Shown one piece after another: positions 34,454 through 41,983 of a stretch of DNA of 45,254 bases. Position 1 is the stretch's first letter. The number at the start of each line of letters is the position of its first letter. The position numbers were made by a program, and so were the translations under genes. The DNA comes from an uncultured Candidatus Saccharibacteria bacterium (GTDB lineage: Bacteria; Patescibacteriota; WWE3; UBA101185; UBA10185), in NCBI GenBank assembly GCA_964559585.1, contig CAZLHE010000001.1, positions 1-45,254 on the forward strand. Reading direction: 5' to 3'. The notes beneath the pieces are model-generated. The model did not search any database. It was given only the letters and a program-made list of their open reading frames with translations, and was not told where the DNA came from.

Positions 34454-35029
34454 TTATTTGTTAAATAATTTAGCAACCCAGCCAAACAAACTGAATTTAC
34501 TTTCGTTTTGAGTAATGAAGTTATTAATATTTGTCTGTTCCTGCTCAAGTGCTGTGATTTGATTTTGCAATATTGTTTTATCTTCCGGAGTTGTTGTTTT
34601 ATCAACTAATCTTTGAAGTTGGTCTACTCTATTTCTAGTTTTTACCATTTCGCTTCTGAGTGCCCCAAGGTTTTTATAGTCCGATCCGATAAGGAAAGTC
34701 TTTATCTTGCTTCTGCCCTCAACCGCATTAAGTTTTTCGGAAACCTTAGTCTTGGAATCATTCTGTTGCTGGGCAATTACTCTAACTTGCTCCCCAATGC
34801 CACCTTCTCTATCAGCTACGGTTAGAAGGTTTTGAACAAAGGTTGATACTACGCTTCTGTGAGTAGCGGCAGCTTGTTGTCCCTTTTCTCCTTTTGAAGT
34901 TTGGGCCGCTATTGCTTGTTCTGATTTAGGAGCGGCTAGCACTCTTATAAGAGAGGAAGGAAAAGTAAGTGTTAGAAAAGAAGACACCGCCACTAATACT
35001 ATAAGGACTTTTGTATTTGTTTTTTTCAT
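34454..35029 (-). CDS. secreted coiled-coil protein (hypothetical)
   Basis: 191 aa with signal peptide MKKTNTKVLIVLVAVSSFLTLTFPSSLIRVLAA and a Q/E/K-rich helical remainder. Confidence 0.5.
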   Translation of the reverse strand: MKKTNTKVLIVLVAVSSFLTLTFPSSLIRVLAAPKSEQAIAAQTSKGEKGQQAAATHRSVVSTFVQNLLTVADREGGIGEQVRVIAQQQNDSKTKVSEKLNAVEGRSKIKTFLIGSDYKNLGALRSEMVKTRNRVDQLQRLVDKTTTPEDKTILQNQITALEQEQTNINNFITQNESKFSLFGWVAKLFNK

Positions 35030-35035
35030 ATCGTT

Positions 35036-35044
35036 ATTATATCA
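35036..35044 (-). promoter_or_regulatory. extended -10 (TGATATAAT) exactly 6 nt upstream of the ATG at 35029 (leaderless-type)
   Basis: The minus strand reads TGATATAAT aacgat ATG. Confidence 0.5.
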
Positions 35045-35087
35045 AAAAACTTGATTACTTATCGACTATCTGTAGTTTGTGTAGGTA

Positions 35088-35240
35088 TCACTTTATTAAA
35101 CCCAGACCGATAATTCCAACAATAATAAGGTAAAAAGCTATTAGATAGTTAAGAAATTTCGGAAACATGAGAATTAATATCCCAAAAACTAAAGAAGTCA
35201 AAGGACTTAAACTTGTAAGAGAAATACTCAATATGCCCAC
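35088..35240 (-). CDS. small 2-TM protein, DUF3096-like (family recalled from memory)
   Basis: Hand translation gives (V/M)GILSISLTSLSPLTSLVFGILILMFPKFLNYLIAFYLIIVGIIGLGLIK. The start is uncertain (GTG at 35240 or TTG at 35231), with AAGGGGG just upstream. It is below the ORF-track cut-off. Confidence 0.35.
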   Translation of the reverse strand: MGILSISLTSLSPLTSLVFGILILMFPKFLNYLIAFYLIIVGIIGLGLIK

Positions 35241-35275
35241 CCCCTTAATAATTAATAACAGTTACATGTTCGCAT

Positions 35276-35416
35276 CTACACACCCAAAAGACGGGCAACC
35301 AAGATAATAAATGCGATAACAAGCAGTAAATGAATTAATCCCCCGCCGATATGGAAACTAAATCCTCCCAACCAGGAAATTACTAATATTATAATAACGA
35401 TATCCAACAAACTCAT
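35276..35416 (-). CDS. lmo0937-family small membrane protein
   Basis: Hand translation gives MSLLDIVIIILVISWLGGFSFHIGGGLIHLLLVIAFIILVARLLGV (46 aa). The HIGGGLIHLLLVIA core is characteristic of this family as I recall it. Confidence 0.5.
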   Translation of the reverse strand: MSLLDIVIIILVISWLGGFSFHIGGGLIHLLLVIAFIILVARLLGV

Positions 35417-35483
35417 TGTTTATTTGCCACCGTTCCTTGTGCTGTACAATCAAATACCCAGATTAGAAAACATTCTGAATAAA

Positions 35484-35882
35484 CTAATTCGACTGCTGTT
35501 TTTCGCCGGAGAATATTCGTATTAGCTTAACAATTCCCCAAGCCAAAAAGGCGTACACAATAAGTGCGACCAATGTTGCTGGCTCAAGAACTGAAGTTGT
35601 TTCTATTCCTTGGGAAAGACCCCTATGAAATATCCCTTCAAAAGGTAAGATAAATAATCCGCTTACACCATAGATAAAACCAACAAAGGCACTTGAGATA
35701 CTTGCTCCCATCAACTTAAGAACAAGACGGAAAGCCAAAAGTATTTCTAAAGCTCCAAAGAAGAAATATATTAAATATTCATACGTCTCAGTATTAGTTG
35801 CTTTCACTTTAATTGGAGGTACTACAACCGTGTCCGTGTTACCCTCTTGTGTAGTTACAGTTTCTTTTACAATTTCTGCCAT
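35484..35882 (-). CDS. YggT-like membrane protein
   Basis: 132 aa. LEILLAFRLVLKLMGA...YGVSGLFILPFEGIF resembles the YggT repeat. A strong SD AAGGTGGTGA lies upstream. Confidence 0.5.
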   Translation of the reverse strand: MAEIVKETVTTQEGNTDTVVVPPIKVKATNTETYEYLIYFFFGALEILLAFRLVLKLMGASISSAFVGFIYGVSGLFILPFEGIFHRGLSQGIETTSVLEPATLVALIVYAFLAWGIVKLIRIFSGEKQQSN

Positions 35883-35958
35883 ATTTTTTCACCACCTTTT
35901 ATTTTTACAAATAATTACAAATAATTTCGAATTTTTTCTTATTCCTTGCCTTGTTTTT

Positions 35959-36207
35959 CTATTTACGAACAAGTCGTGCAAAGGCAATTACTACAATCGC
36001 ACCAATGACCGCAACAACAAGGCTATAAAGGTTAAATCCCGTAACACCTTCTTGACCAACCAAGCCCATCAACATGCCTCCTACCACGGCTCCAACTATA
36101 CCCATAATTATGTCCATTACAGTGCCCTGATTGTAATTGGTTTTCATGATTACCGATGCAATCCATCCTGCCAGTGCCCCAAAAATTATCCAAAGTACAA
36201 TACCCAT
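35959..36207 (-). CDS. GlsB/YeaQ/YmgE-family stress-response membrane protein
   Basis: 82 aa. The sequence GIVLWIIFGALAGWIASVIM...MDIIMGIVGAVVGGMLMG is typical of the transglycosylase-associated (GlsB) family. It has the same SD AAGGTGGTGA. Confidence 0.8.
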   Translation of the reverse strand: MGIVLWIIFGALAGWIASVIMKTNYNQGTVMDIIMGIVGAVVGGMLMGLVGQEGVTGFNLYSLVVAVIGAIVVIAFARLVRK

Positions 36208-36379
36208 ACTTCACTCACCACCTTTTATTTACTAAATTTAATTACCCCCTAAATCTACCACAAAGATATTATATAAGATTATTTTGGATCCCCATACGGA
36301 ACTTTATCCGAAGTTTTATAGGTGTGTTTAGTTTTGTGTGAGAAAAAGGAGTGAACCAATGCTTGAGTAAAAATGACCA

Positions 36380-36388
36380 TGATATATT
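36380..36388 (+). promoter_or_regulatory. extended -10 (TGATATATT) exactly 6 nt upstream of the ATG at 36395 (leaderless-type)
   Basis: The sequence reads tgatatatt tgttgt ATG. Confidence 0.45.
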
Positions 36389-36394
36389 TGTTGT

Positions 36395-37005
36395 ATGAAT
36401 ATGGGAATGTTGGTTGTATTTGTAATCTGTCTTTTGGTTGTTCCGGTATATTACAAAACTAAATCTTTTAACTCAAAGAATGGCATTTTACTATTTATAC
36501 TAGGTTTTTCTGCACTTTTTCTCCGAATGCTTTTTTTCAGAAAATATCCTCTTTTAGCAACACTGAACAAAGACACCCTGTTTCTTTCTGGAATTATCCT
36601 GTTTATCCCCTTTGTATTGTTTTTTGCATACTCCTTATCAAAAAATGTGAATATTCTTAGAAAGAGACATAGCTATTTGTTCAAATTATTACTTTCCTAT
36701 CTTCTTTTTGGCGCATTACAGCAGCTATTTTTTTAACCGTATTCACTGATTCTGTGTACTACCTTTCTTCAAACCTTAACATCACGTTTTTAACATCAGT
36801 CATTTTCTTTTTCACCTTTCATCTAAATTGGGATAAAGAACTGAGAAAGTTTTTGTTATACCTGGTTATTTTTGGAATTTTAAATACCTTTATATACTTA
36901 TGGCTAAAAAATGTAATACCTCAAATGGTGGTGCATGGTTTGATCGGTAGCATTTTGTATACAGCCTTTTCAAAAGAGGATCAGTTTAAGAAAAGATTGT
37001 CCTGA
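36395..37005 (+). pseudogene. CPBP(Abi)-like membrane protein split by a frameshift at a T7 run (36728-36734)
   Basis: ORFs 36395..36736 and 36754..37005 are in different frames. Adding one T to the T7 run fuses them into ...GALQQLFFLTVFTDSVYYLSSNLNITF.... The motif spacing resembles CPBP EExxxR / FxxxH / HxxxN, but the residues are QQLFF / FTFH / HGLIG. Confidence 0.45.
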
Positions 37006-37034
37006 GTCTAGGGTATATTATCGGGAAGATAAAA

Positions 37035-39611
37035 TCATTTTTGAGTTTCAAAAACTTCAAGCCCGATATTTACGGTGTCCCCTGCTTTGATTTCATTCTC
37101 AAGCATCTTTACCGCCAAGAAGGATTGAACTGAGTCCTCAATGACTCTCGCCAATGGTCGTGCACCCCACTGGGGGCTGTATCCTAACTCAACAATTTTT
37201 TGAACCAGCTCGGGTTTAAATGTAAGGGAAATTCCCTTTTCAGCAGCCATTTTTTTGACTCCGTTTAACTGTAACTTTGCAATTTGTTGAATATCAGTCA
37301 TAGACAGGGGATTGAACACTATTATTCCGGTGAATCTGTTTAGAAATTCCGGGGCAAATTTATTTTTTACATCCGCCATTGCCGTTTCAGACATTTCAGG
37401 GTAAGTTGCGTCCCTTGCAAAAGCTTCTTGAATAGATCTTGTTCCAACGTTACTCGTCATTATTATTATTGTGTTTGTGAAGTCAACAAGAGTTCCGGAA
37501 GAGTCCGTTAAGCGCCCCTCGTCCAGGACTTGAAGAAAAGTAAGCAAAATATTTGAATGTGCTTTTTCCACCTCGTCTATAAGAAGAAGCGCAAAGGGTT
37601 TTGCTCTAACGCTGTCTGTCAGAATTCCCCTAGTTGAGCCGTCCGGAGATCCTATAAGTCTGCTTAAGCTGTCAAGCTGTTGGTACTCACTCATATCAAG
37701 TCTTATCATGTTTTTTTCATCGCCGAAATAATTTTTTGCCAGGGCCTTGGCTGTTTGGGTTTTTCCAACACCCGTTGTACCTACAAACAAAAAGCTGGCA
37801 ATTGGTTTTTTCTCATCTCTAATTCCGGTTCTGGCTCTTTGCAAGGCAGCGGCAACTTTTTCAAGAGCCTGGTCTTGTCCTATTACCATCTTTTTCATTT
37901 CACCCTCAATGTTTAAAAGTTTGTGTGCCTCATTTTGGGTTATGGAAGTAACAGGTATATTAGTCATTCCTGCAACCTCTTTTTCTACTTCGGCCGCTGT
38001 TAGATACTTTGTTTCTTCCCTTACGGTTGTGGCCGTTCTATTAAGTATGTCTATTGCCTTGTCGGGGAGAACTCTTTCATGGATAAGTTTTTCCGAAAGC
38101 TCTACACTTTTTGAAATAGCCGGATAGGAAATAGTTATTTTGTACTTTTTTTCATATTTTCTCGCTACATATTTGAGAATTAAAATCGTATCTTCCTTTG
38201 TCGCTTGGTTTATTTGAACGGTCTGAAAAAGTCTTGCTATCACCTCGTTTGGCTCAATATACCTTCTATAGTTTGATATTGATGTGGCGCCAATAAACCG
38301 AATTCTGTCGTCGGTAAGATGTTTTTCCAGCATGGAAAAAACAATTGAGGATTCGCCTCCATCCTCACCAAGACCGGTCACAAGATTTTGAATCTCATCC
38401 AAAAAGAGAATTATATCTCCGGAACCCTCTGCATCTTCCATTACACTTGTCAATTTATCAGCAATTTCACCTGGGGATCTGGCACCTGAAAGAAGGGAGC
38501 CTACATCTAAACTTATAATTCTCTTGTTGTTTAAAGTTTTGTATTCAGTTCCACAGATTATTTTGTATGCTATTCCCTTAAGTATTGAAGTTTTTCCGCA
38601 GCCCGGTTCGCCTATGATCAGAATATTTCCCTTGCTCCCATCAAGCATTTCTGATATTTTTTTAATCTCCTCTTCCCGGCCGATTATTCTGTCAATCCTG
38701 CCTTTTTGAACTTCTTTTGTAAGATCCTGTGATACAGAATCCAAGATCGGAGTTACCCGGCCCAGCATCCCTTTGCTTATTCCCCCAAGAGGCGACATTT
38801 CATATTCGGCCTGCCAGACATAGACTTTAGCTAGGTACTCACGCTCTTCGACTATCCATAGTGCCGCTTGTTTTATAACTTCAGATCTTGAGTTGTATGC
38901 GGAAAGGACCGTTTCAATAGCTGGTATATTTTGAATAATTGCCGTGAAAAGGTGCTCAAGTTCAACATAGCGTGACTTATTTTCCCTGGCTAAATCAAAA
39001 GCTTTCTTTTCAAGATCGTCGCATTTTATTTTAGTTGCTAAACAAAGCTTATCTTTCAGTTCTTTAGTATTAAGCTCGGATTTTTGTAGTAGATAGATTA
39101 TTTCTTTTTTGCTTAGTATTTTTCTCAACGCTGCTTTCTGGTGTTTTATTACTAAATTTAAAAAGTAGAGTGCTACCGGGCGGAAGCATTTTTTATAGTT
39201 TGTGTCTTTTAGCTGTTTTAGCTTTTTGTCGGGTATATCAAGGTTACATATGCCCCAGCAAACATACATTCCAACGACAAGTACAAGTGCTACTTCAACG
39301 GAGACAAAATAACATATAGCTAAGGGAATAGTCAGCCACACAATCGGGGTTGCTATTACTAAAACTAAAAGAACGGTCATGAACAAAAATCCAAAAAAGA
39401 TCATGAAAATGCGGGCTATGAAACTCATGGCCCTTCCAACGATAGACTTGTTTCCATATAAAGGTACAAAAATGAGCCGGATATTCATTAAAAACGACAT
39501 TTCATTGTTAGCTACGGCAAGAATAGTTCTGGCTATATCAAAAGCTTTTATTGGTGCTTTCACAGCCCACCACACAAGGAATTTGTGAGGCAGTTTAAAC
39601 GAGTAGGGCAT
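37035..39611 (-). CDS. membrane-anchored double-ring AAA+ Clp/Hsp100-family ATPase
   Basis: 858 aa. The N-terminal ~115 aa contain 3-4 hydrophobic helices, followed by a Clp_N-like region (VELEHLFTAIIQ). NBD1 has GEPGCGKTS and ILFLDEIQ. NBD2 has GTTGVGKTQ and LLLIDEVEKA. The inter-ring linker is short. Confidence 0.85.
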   Translation of the reverse strand: MPYSFKLPHKFLVWWAVKAPIKAFDIARTILAVANNEMSFLMNIRLIFVPLYGNKSIVGRAMSFIARIFMIFFGFLFMTVLLVLVIATPIVWLTIPLAICYFVSVEVALVLVVGMYVCWGICNLDIPDKKLKQLKDTNYKKCFRPVALYFLNLVIKHQKAALRKILSKKEIIYLLQKSELNTKELKDKLCLATKIKCDDLEKKAFDLARENKSRYVELEHLFTAIIQNIPAIETVLSAYNSRSEVIKQAALWIVEEREYLAKVYVWQAEYEMSPLGGISKGMLGRVTPILDSVSQDLTKEVQKGRIDRIIGREEEIKKISEMLDGSKGNILIIGEPGCGKTSILKGIAYKIICGTEYKTLNNKRIISLDVGSLLSGARSPGEIADKLTSVMEDAEGSGDIILFLDEIQNLVTGLGEDGGESSIVFSMLEKHLTDDRIRFIGATSISNYRRYIEPNEVIARLFQTVQINQATKEDTILILKYVARKYEKKYKITISYPAISKSVELSEKLIHERVLPDKAIDILNRTATTVREETKYLTAAEVEKEVAGMTNIPVTSITQNEAHKLLNIEGEMKKMVIGQDQALEKVAAALQRARTGIRDEKKPIASFLFVGTTGVGKTQTAKALAKNYFGDEKNMIRLDMSEYQQLDSLSRLIGSPDGSTRGILTDSVRAKPFALLLIDEVEKAHSNILLTFLQVLDEGRLTDSSGTLVDFTNTIIIMTSNVGTRSIQEAFARDATYPEMSETAMADVKNKFAPEFLNRFTGIIVFNPLSMTDIQQIAKLQLNGVKKMAAEKGISLTFKPELVQKIVELGYSPQWGARPLARVIEDSVQSFLAVKMLENEIKAGDTVNIGLEVFETQK

Positions 39612-39735
39612 ATATTAAAAGAATACCAAAAACTAAACGTGTACGATATGTTTGTTGTTTAGAAGTGACGTTATTTCAGGGTTTAAGCACAAAATTTTAT
39701 TTGGAATTTGGCTGAGGTGTCTAGTTTTGTGAGAG

Positions 39736-39769
39736 AAAAAAATAAGCTCCAAGTTTTCACAGGGAGCTT
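39736..39769 (-). terminator. rho-independent terminator of the 40262..39787 two-gene unit
   Basis: The minus strand reads AAGCTCC-ctgtgaaaactt-GGAGCTT followed by ATTTTTTT. Confidence 0.65.
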
Positions 39770-39786
39770 TTGGTGGAGCCTGGTGA

Positions 39787-40011
39787 TTAACGGCGCGCTT
39801 CAACATTTAGGACGAAGCCGCGCTGTAACAACTCCAGTAGGAAGGCCGCGACGTTTCTGATATTTCCGAATTCGCACCTGAGAATTCCAAAACGGTTTCC
39901 TTTCCCACTATCGTTCCAGTCTGCTGTTCCAAAATTATTTTCGCAGAGCTGTGTAATGGGCCGCGCTTCTGGAGATTCTCTAGGCAGCTTCACAACAACA
40001 GTAGTACTCAT
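39787..40011 (-). CDS. 74-aa soluble hypothetical protein (GC-rich unit, gene 2)
   Basis: I chose the internal ATG at 40011, which has an SD AAAGGAGAG and an ATGA overlap with the upstream stop. The protein begins MSTTVVVKLPRESPEARPITQLCENNFGTADWNDSGKGNRFGILRCEF.... Confidence 0.5.
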   Translation of the reverse strand: MSTTVVVKLPRESPEARPITQLCENNFGTADWNDSGKGNRFGILRCEFGNIRNVAAFLLELLQRGFVLNVEARR

Positions 40012-40262
40012 TGTCTCATCTCTCCTTTTGTTTGATCTTGAATTTCTCGGTGTCCGAAGGCCTGCAACCCGAGCAAAACAAGAAGGGTTGCACAAACAAT
40101 CGCCTGTACCCACGCCACGTTTGTATTGGCGGCCATCCCATCGATACAACTAAGGAGGCCCGGTGTACCCAGGATTTCCGGTACCAACAGGATCGCCAAT
40201 ACCAAAATTGGAATGGCAAAGATCGAAAAACAATACAGCATGCTTGCTTTTTCTTTGTTCAT
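40008..40262 (-). CDS. 84-aa two-TM hypothetical protein (GC-rich unit, gene 1)
   Basis: The sequence MNKEKASMLYCFSIFAIPILVLAILLVPEIL...VAWVQAIVCATLLVLLGLQAF has two TM helices. The region is visibly more GC-rich than its flanks. Confidence 0.5.
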   Translation of the reverse strand: MNKEKASMLYCFSIFAIPILVLAILLVPEILGTPGLLSCIDGMAANTNVAWVQAIVCATLLVLLGLQAFGHREIQDQTKGEMRQ

Positions 40263-40403
40263 TTTTCTCTCCTTTCACCGTTTTGGTGTATTACCGGGGA
40301 TTATATCAGGGTAATCCCAAAATAGCAACCTATAGGTATATTGACTCTCTATTGCTTTGGAGGTTCGAAAATGTTTTATGTGGAAGCTACCCTTAGTTTT
40401 TAG

Positions 40404-40409
40404 TATAAT
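40404..40409 (+). promoter_or_regulatory. TATAAT exactly 6 nt upstream of the ATG at 40416 (leaderless-type)
   Basis: The sequence reads tataat agtgtt ATG. Confidence 0.45.
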
Positions 40410-40415
40410 AGTGTT

Positions 40416-40718
40416 ATGAATGTAGTACCTTCTAAATTCCAACCTTTATTTCCAAGCTCAAATATACAAAACCTAGATACCCAAAGGGATAAAGGCTATA
40501 TCATTCAAACTCTCTTAAAAACCTCAACATTGGATGGCTGGAAATGGATGCTAGAAACATACTCAAATGAAGATATTTCTGCAGTTCTCAGAACTTCTAG
40601 ATTGCTAACACCAAAAGATGCATATTTTTGGGGCCTTTTTTTACATGTCCCTCAAAGTGAAATATTATGTTTGAACAAAGACTTACAGAAAACGCCAAAA
40701 ACATCTTGGGTATATTAA
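40416..40718 (+). CDS. small protein upstream of the AbiEii-like nucleotidyltransferase (putative cognate antitoxin/partner)
   Basis: 100 aa. It overlaps the NTase gene by 52 nt. I recognised no motif, so the role is inferred from position only. Confidence 0.4.
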   Translation: MNVVPSKFQPLFPSSNIQNLDTQRDKGYIIQTLLKTSTLDGWKWMLETYSNEDISAVLRTSRLLTPKDAYFWGLFLHVPQSEILCLNKDLQKTPKTSWVY

Positions 40719-41308
40719 ATAAAGTTACGCCTCCCAAAAGTTATTTGGCTGGGGGTACAGCCCTTGCACTATGGATAAATCATAGAAATTCTTATGATCT
40801 GGATATTTATTCGCCTGTAGAGTTTGATCTTGATGAAATGACGCAAAAATTTGGTAGTGGGATTTCTGAATTTCAACTTATTTCTACTTCGTGGCAAACC
40901 TTACATGGAAAGTCAATAGACACTAAAATAAGTCTGTTTTACTATCAATATGAGCTTTTGAAAGAGGCAACAGAGTTTTTAAACTTTAAAATTGCGTCTG
41001 TTGAAGATATTGCAGCTATGAAACTAGAAGCAATAGCGGGAAGAGGTTTAAAAAGAGATTTTTACGATGTGTATAAAATAGCTAAAAATAAAGGGTGGTC
41101 TCTTAAGTATATGATTGGGCTAAATGATAAAAAATATGCTCGGCAGGGGAGTTTCACGCCCCATATCTTGAGGTCATTAGTGTACTTTGATGACGCAGAA
41201 AATTTGTCTGAACGATCTGTCGAGGTAGAAAAAGAGTGGGAAGAAGTAAAGCAGTTTTTTATACGGGAAATTTCACAATTATCGGAAAATAGACTTCAAA
41301 ATCTTTAA
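40667..41308 (+). CDS. nucleotidyltransferase AbiEii/AbiGii toxin-family protein
   Basis: 213 aa. YLAGGTALALWINHRNSYDLDIY (GGTAL...R.S.DLD) and later KRDFYDVYKI and LVYFDDAE are typical of the AbiEii (DUF1814) NTase fold. Confidence 0.7.
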   Translation: MFEQRLTENAKNILGILNKVTPPKSYLAGGTALALWINHRNSYDLDIYSPVEFDLDEMTQKFGSGISEFQLISTSWQTLHGKSIDTKISLFYYQYELLKEATEFLNFKIASVEDIAAMKLEAIAGRGLKRDFYDVYKIAKNKGWSLKYMIGLNDKKYARQGSFTPHILRSLVYFDDAENLSERSVEVEKEWEEVKQFFIREISQLSENRLQNL

Positions 41309-41426
41309 TTGGCTCCGCACCGTGAACAACGTTAGAACCATTTTTGAACATAAAGATGAGCATGTCTATATTCCAGACTTAAGACAAACAGCTTAATTTA
41401 CCCTACCATCTAACTCACTATTGTTT
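41309..41426. repeat. cassette-boundary repeat R1, copy a (~118 nt)
   Basis: TTGGCTCCGCACCGTGAACAACGTTAGAACCATTTTTGA... aligns along its whole length with 44852-44971. It starts directly after the AbiEii stop codon. Confidence 0.7.
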
Positions 41427-41497
41427 GAGAGAAAAAAAGCAGGGTCTATCTCGCTGGGATTATCCATACAAGTAGACCCCCTGTGTTATGCTGGCTT

Positions 41498-41764
41498 TTA
41501 GAATCTGCCGAACAGTCCTCCGAAGAGCAAAGAAAAGAGTCCACCTACTATAACCGCCACTATGAATGCGTAGTAGAGCAGATAGACCAGAGCCAGGAAG
41601 TACACGATGGAAGCTAAAGCCAAAAACACTCCCAAAACAATACTTCCTGCGGAGAATGCCCAAACGCATCCGCCTACGAGGACAAGCAGTATGACAAGAG
41701 CGAGCCACCCGAACCAAGTCTGGGCGAGGGCTTTGAACATATCACTTACCTTCAACGTAAACAT
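41498..41764 (-). CDS. 88-aa three-TM hypothetical protein (GC-rich)
   Basis: The SD AAGGAGA lies 8 nt upstream of the ATG. The protein is strongly hydrophobic. The overlapping alternative-frame ORF 41460..41717 is rejected. Confidence 0.55.
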   Translation of the reverse strand: MFTLKVSDMFKALAQTWFGWLALVILLVLVGGCVWAFSAGSIVLGVFLALASIVYFLALVYLLYYAFIVAVIVGGLFSLLFGGLFGRF

Positions 41765-41864
41765 ATGATATCTCCTTTGTTTAGTGTTCAGATGGGGTTT
41801 GTTACAGATTGTTATCAGTGTGATTATAGCTTAAAAAGGTTGTTTAGTCAACCTATAGCTTTTA

Positions 41865-41895
41865 TTGGCCCCCCATAGTGGACCTTATGCGAACC
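41865..41895. repeat. cassette-boundary repeat R2, copy a (31-nt core)
   Basis: TTGGCCCCCCATAGTGGACCTTATGCGAACC matches 43835-43865 at 30 of 31 positions and the first 31 nt of R1 at 20 of 31. Confidence 0.75.
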
Positions 41896-41983
41896 ATAGG
41901 GGAGTGTGCGTTAGGAGAAATAAAAATTCGTAAGGTCAGAGATATAGCTGAACTTTTCTGATGGGGATGTTAAAAAACTTCAA

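Noticed and set aside
34378-34605. Track ORF 34378..34605 (-), and 32797..33054 (-), 36032..36214 (-), 8875..9096 (+), 7219..7401 (-)
   Set aside because: Each overlaps, in another frame or on the other strand, a longer ORF that has clear membrane or secreted-protein features. None has independent support.
39787-40149. 120-aa version of the ORF, plus overlapping ORFs 39956..40153, 40011..40325, 40016..40219, 40126..40314 and 40163..40396
   Set aside because: This GC-richer segment is open in many frames. Only the 84-aa and 74-aa pair has an SD, ATGA coupling, a TM-helix pattern and a downstream terminator.
41460-41717. Alternative-frame 85-aa ORF (Arg/Cys-rich)
   Set aside because: The overlapping 41498..41764 frame has an AAGGAGA SD and a coherent three-TM pattern. 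This frame looks like a GC-driven open frame.
41865-41895. R1/R2 as tRNA or tmRNA fragments (att sites of tRNA-targeting elements)
   Set aside because: I tried both strands. There is a GGTTCGCAT/GGTTCTAAC T-loop-like start on the minus strand, but the distance to any CCA and the stem complementarity do not fit a tRNA 3' half. The A/B/C repeats do resemble tRNA-Ser ends.
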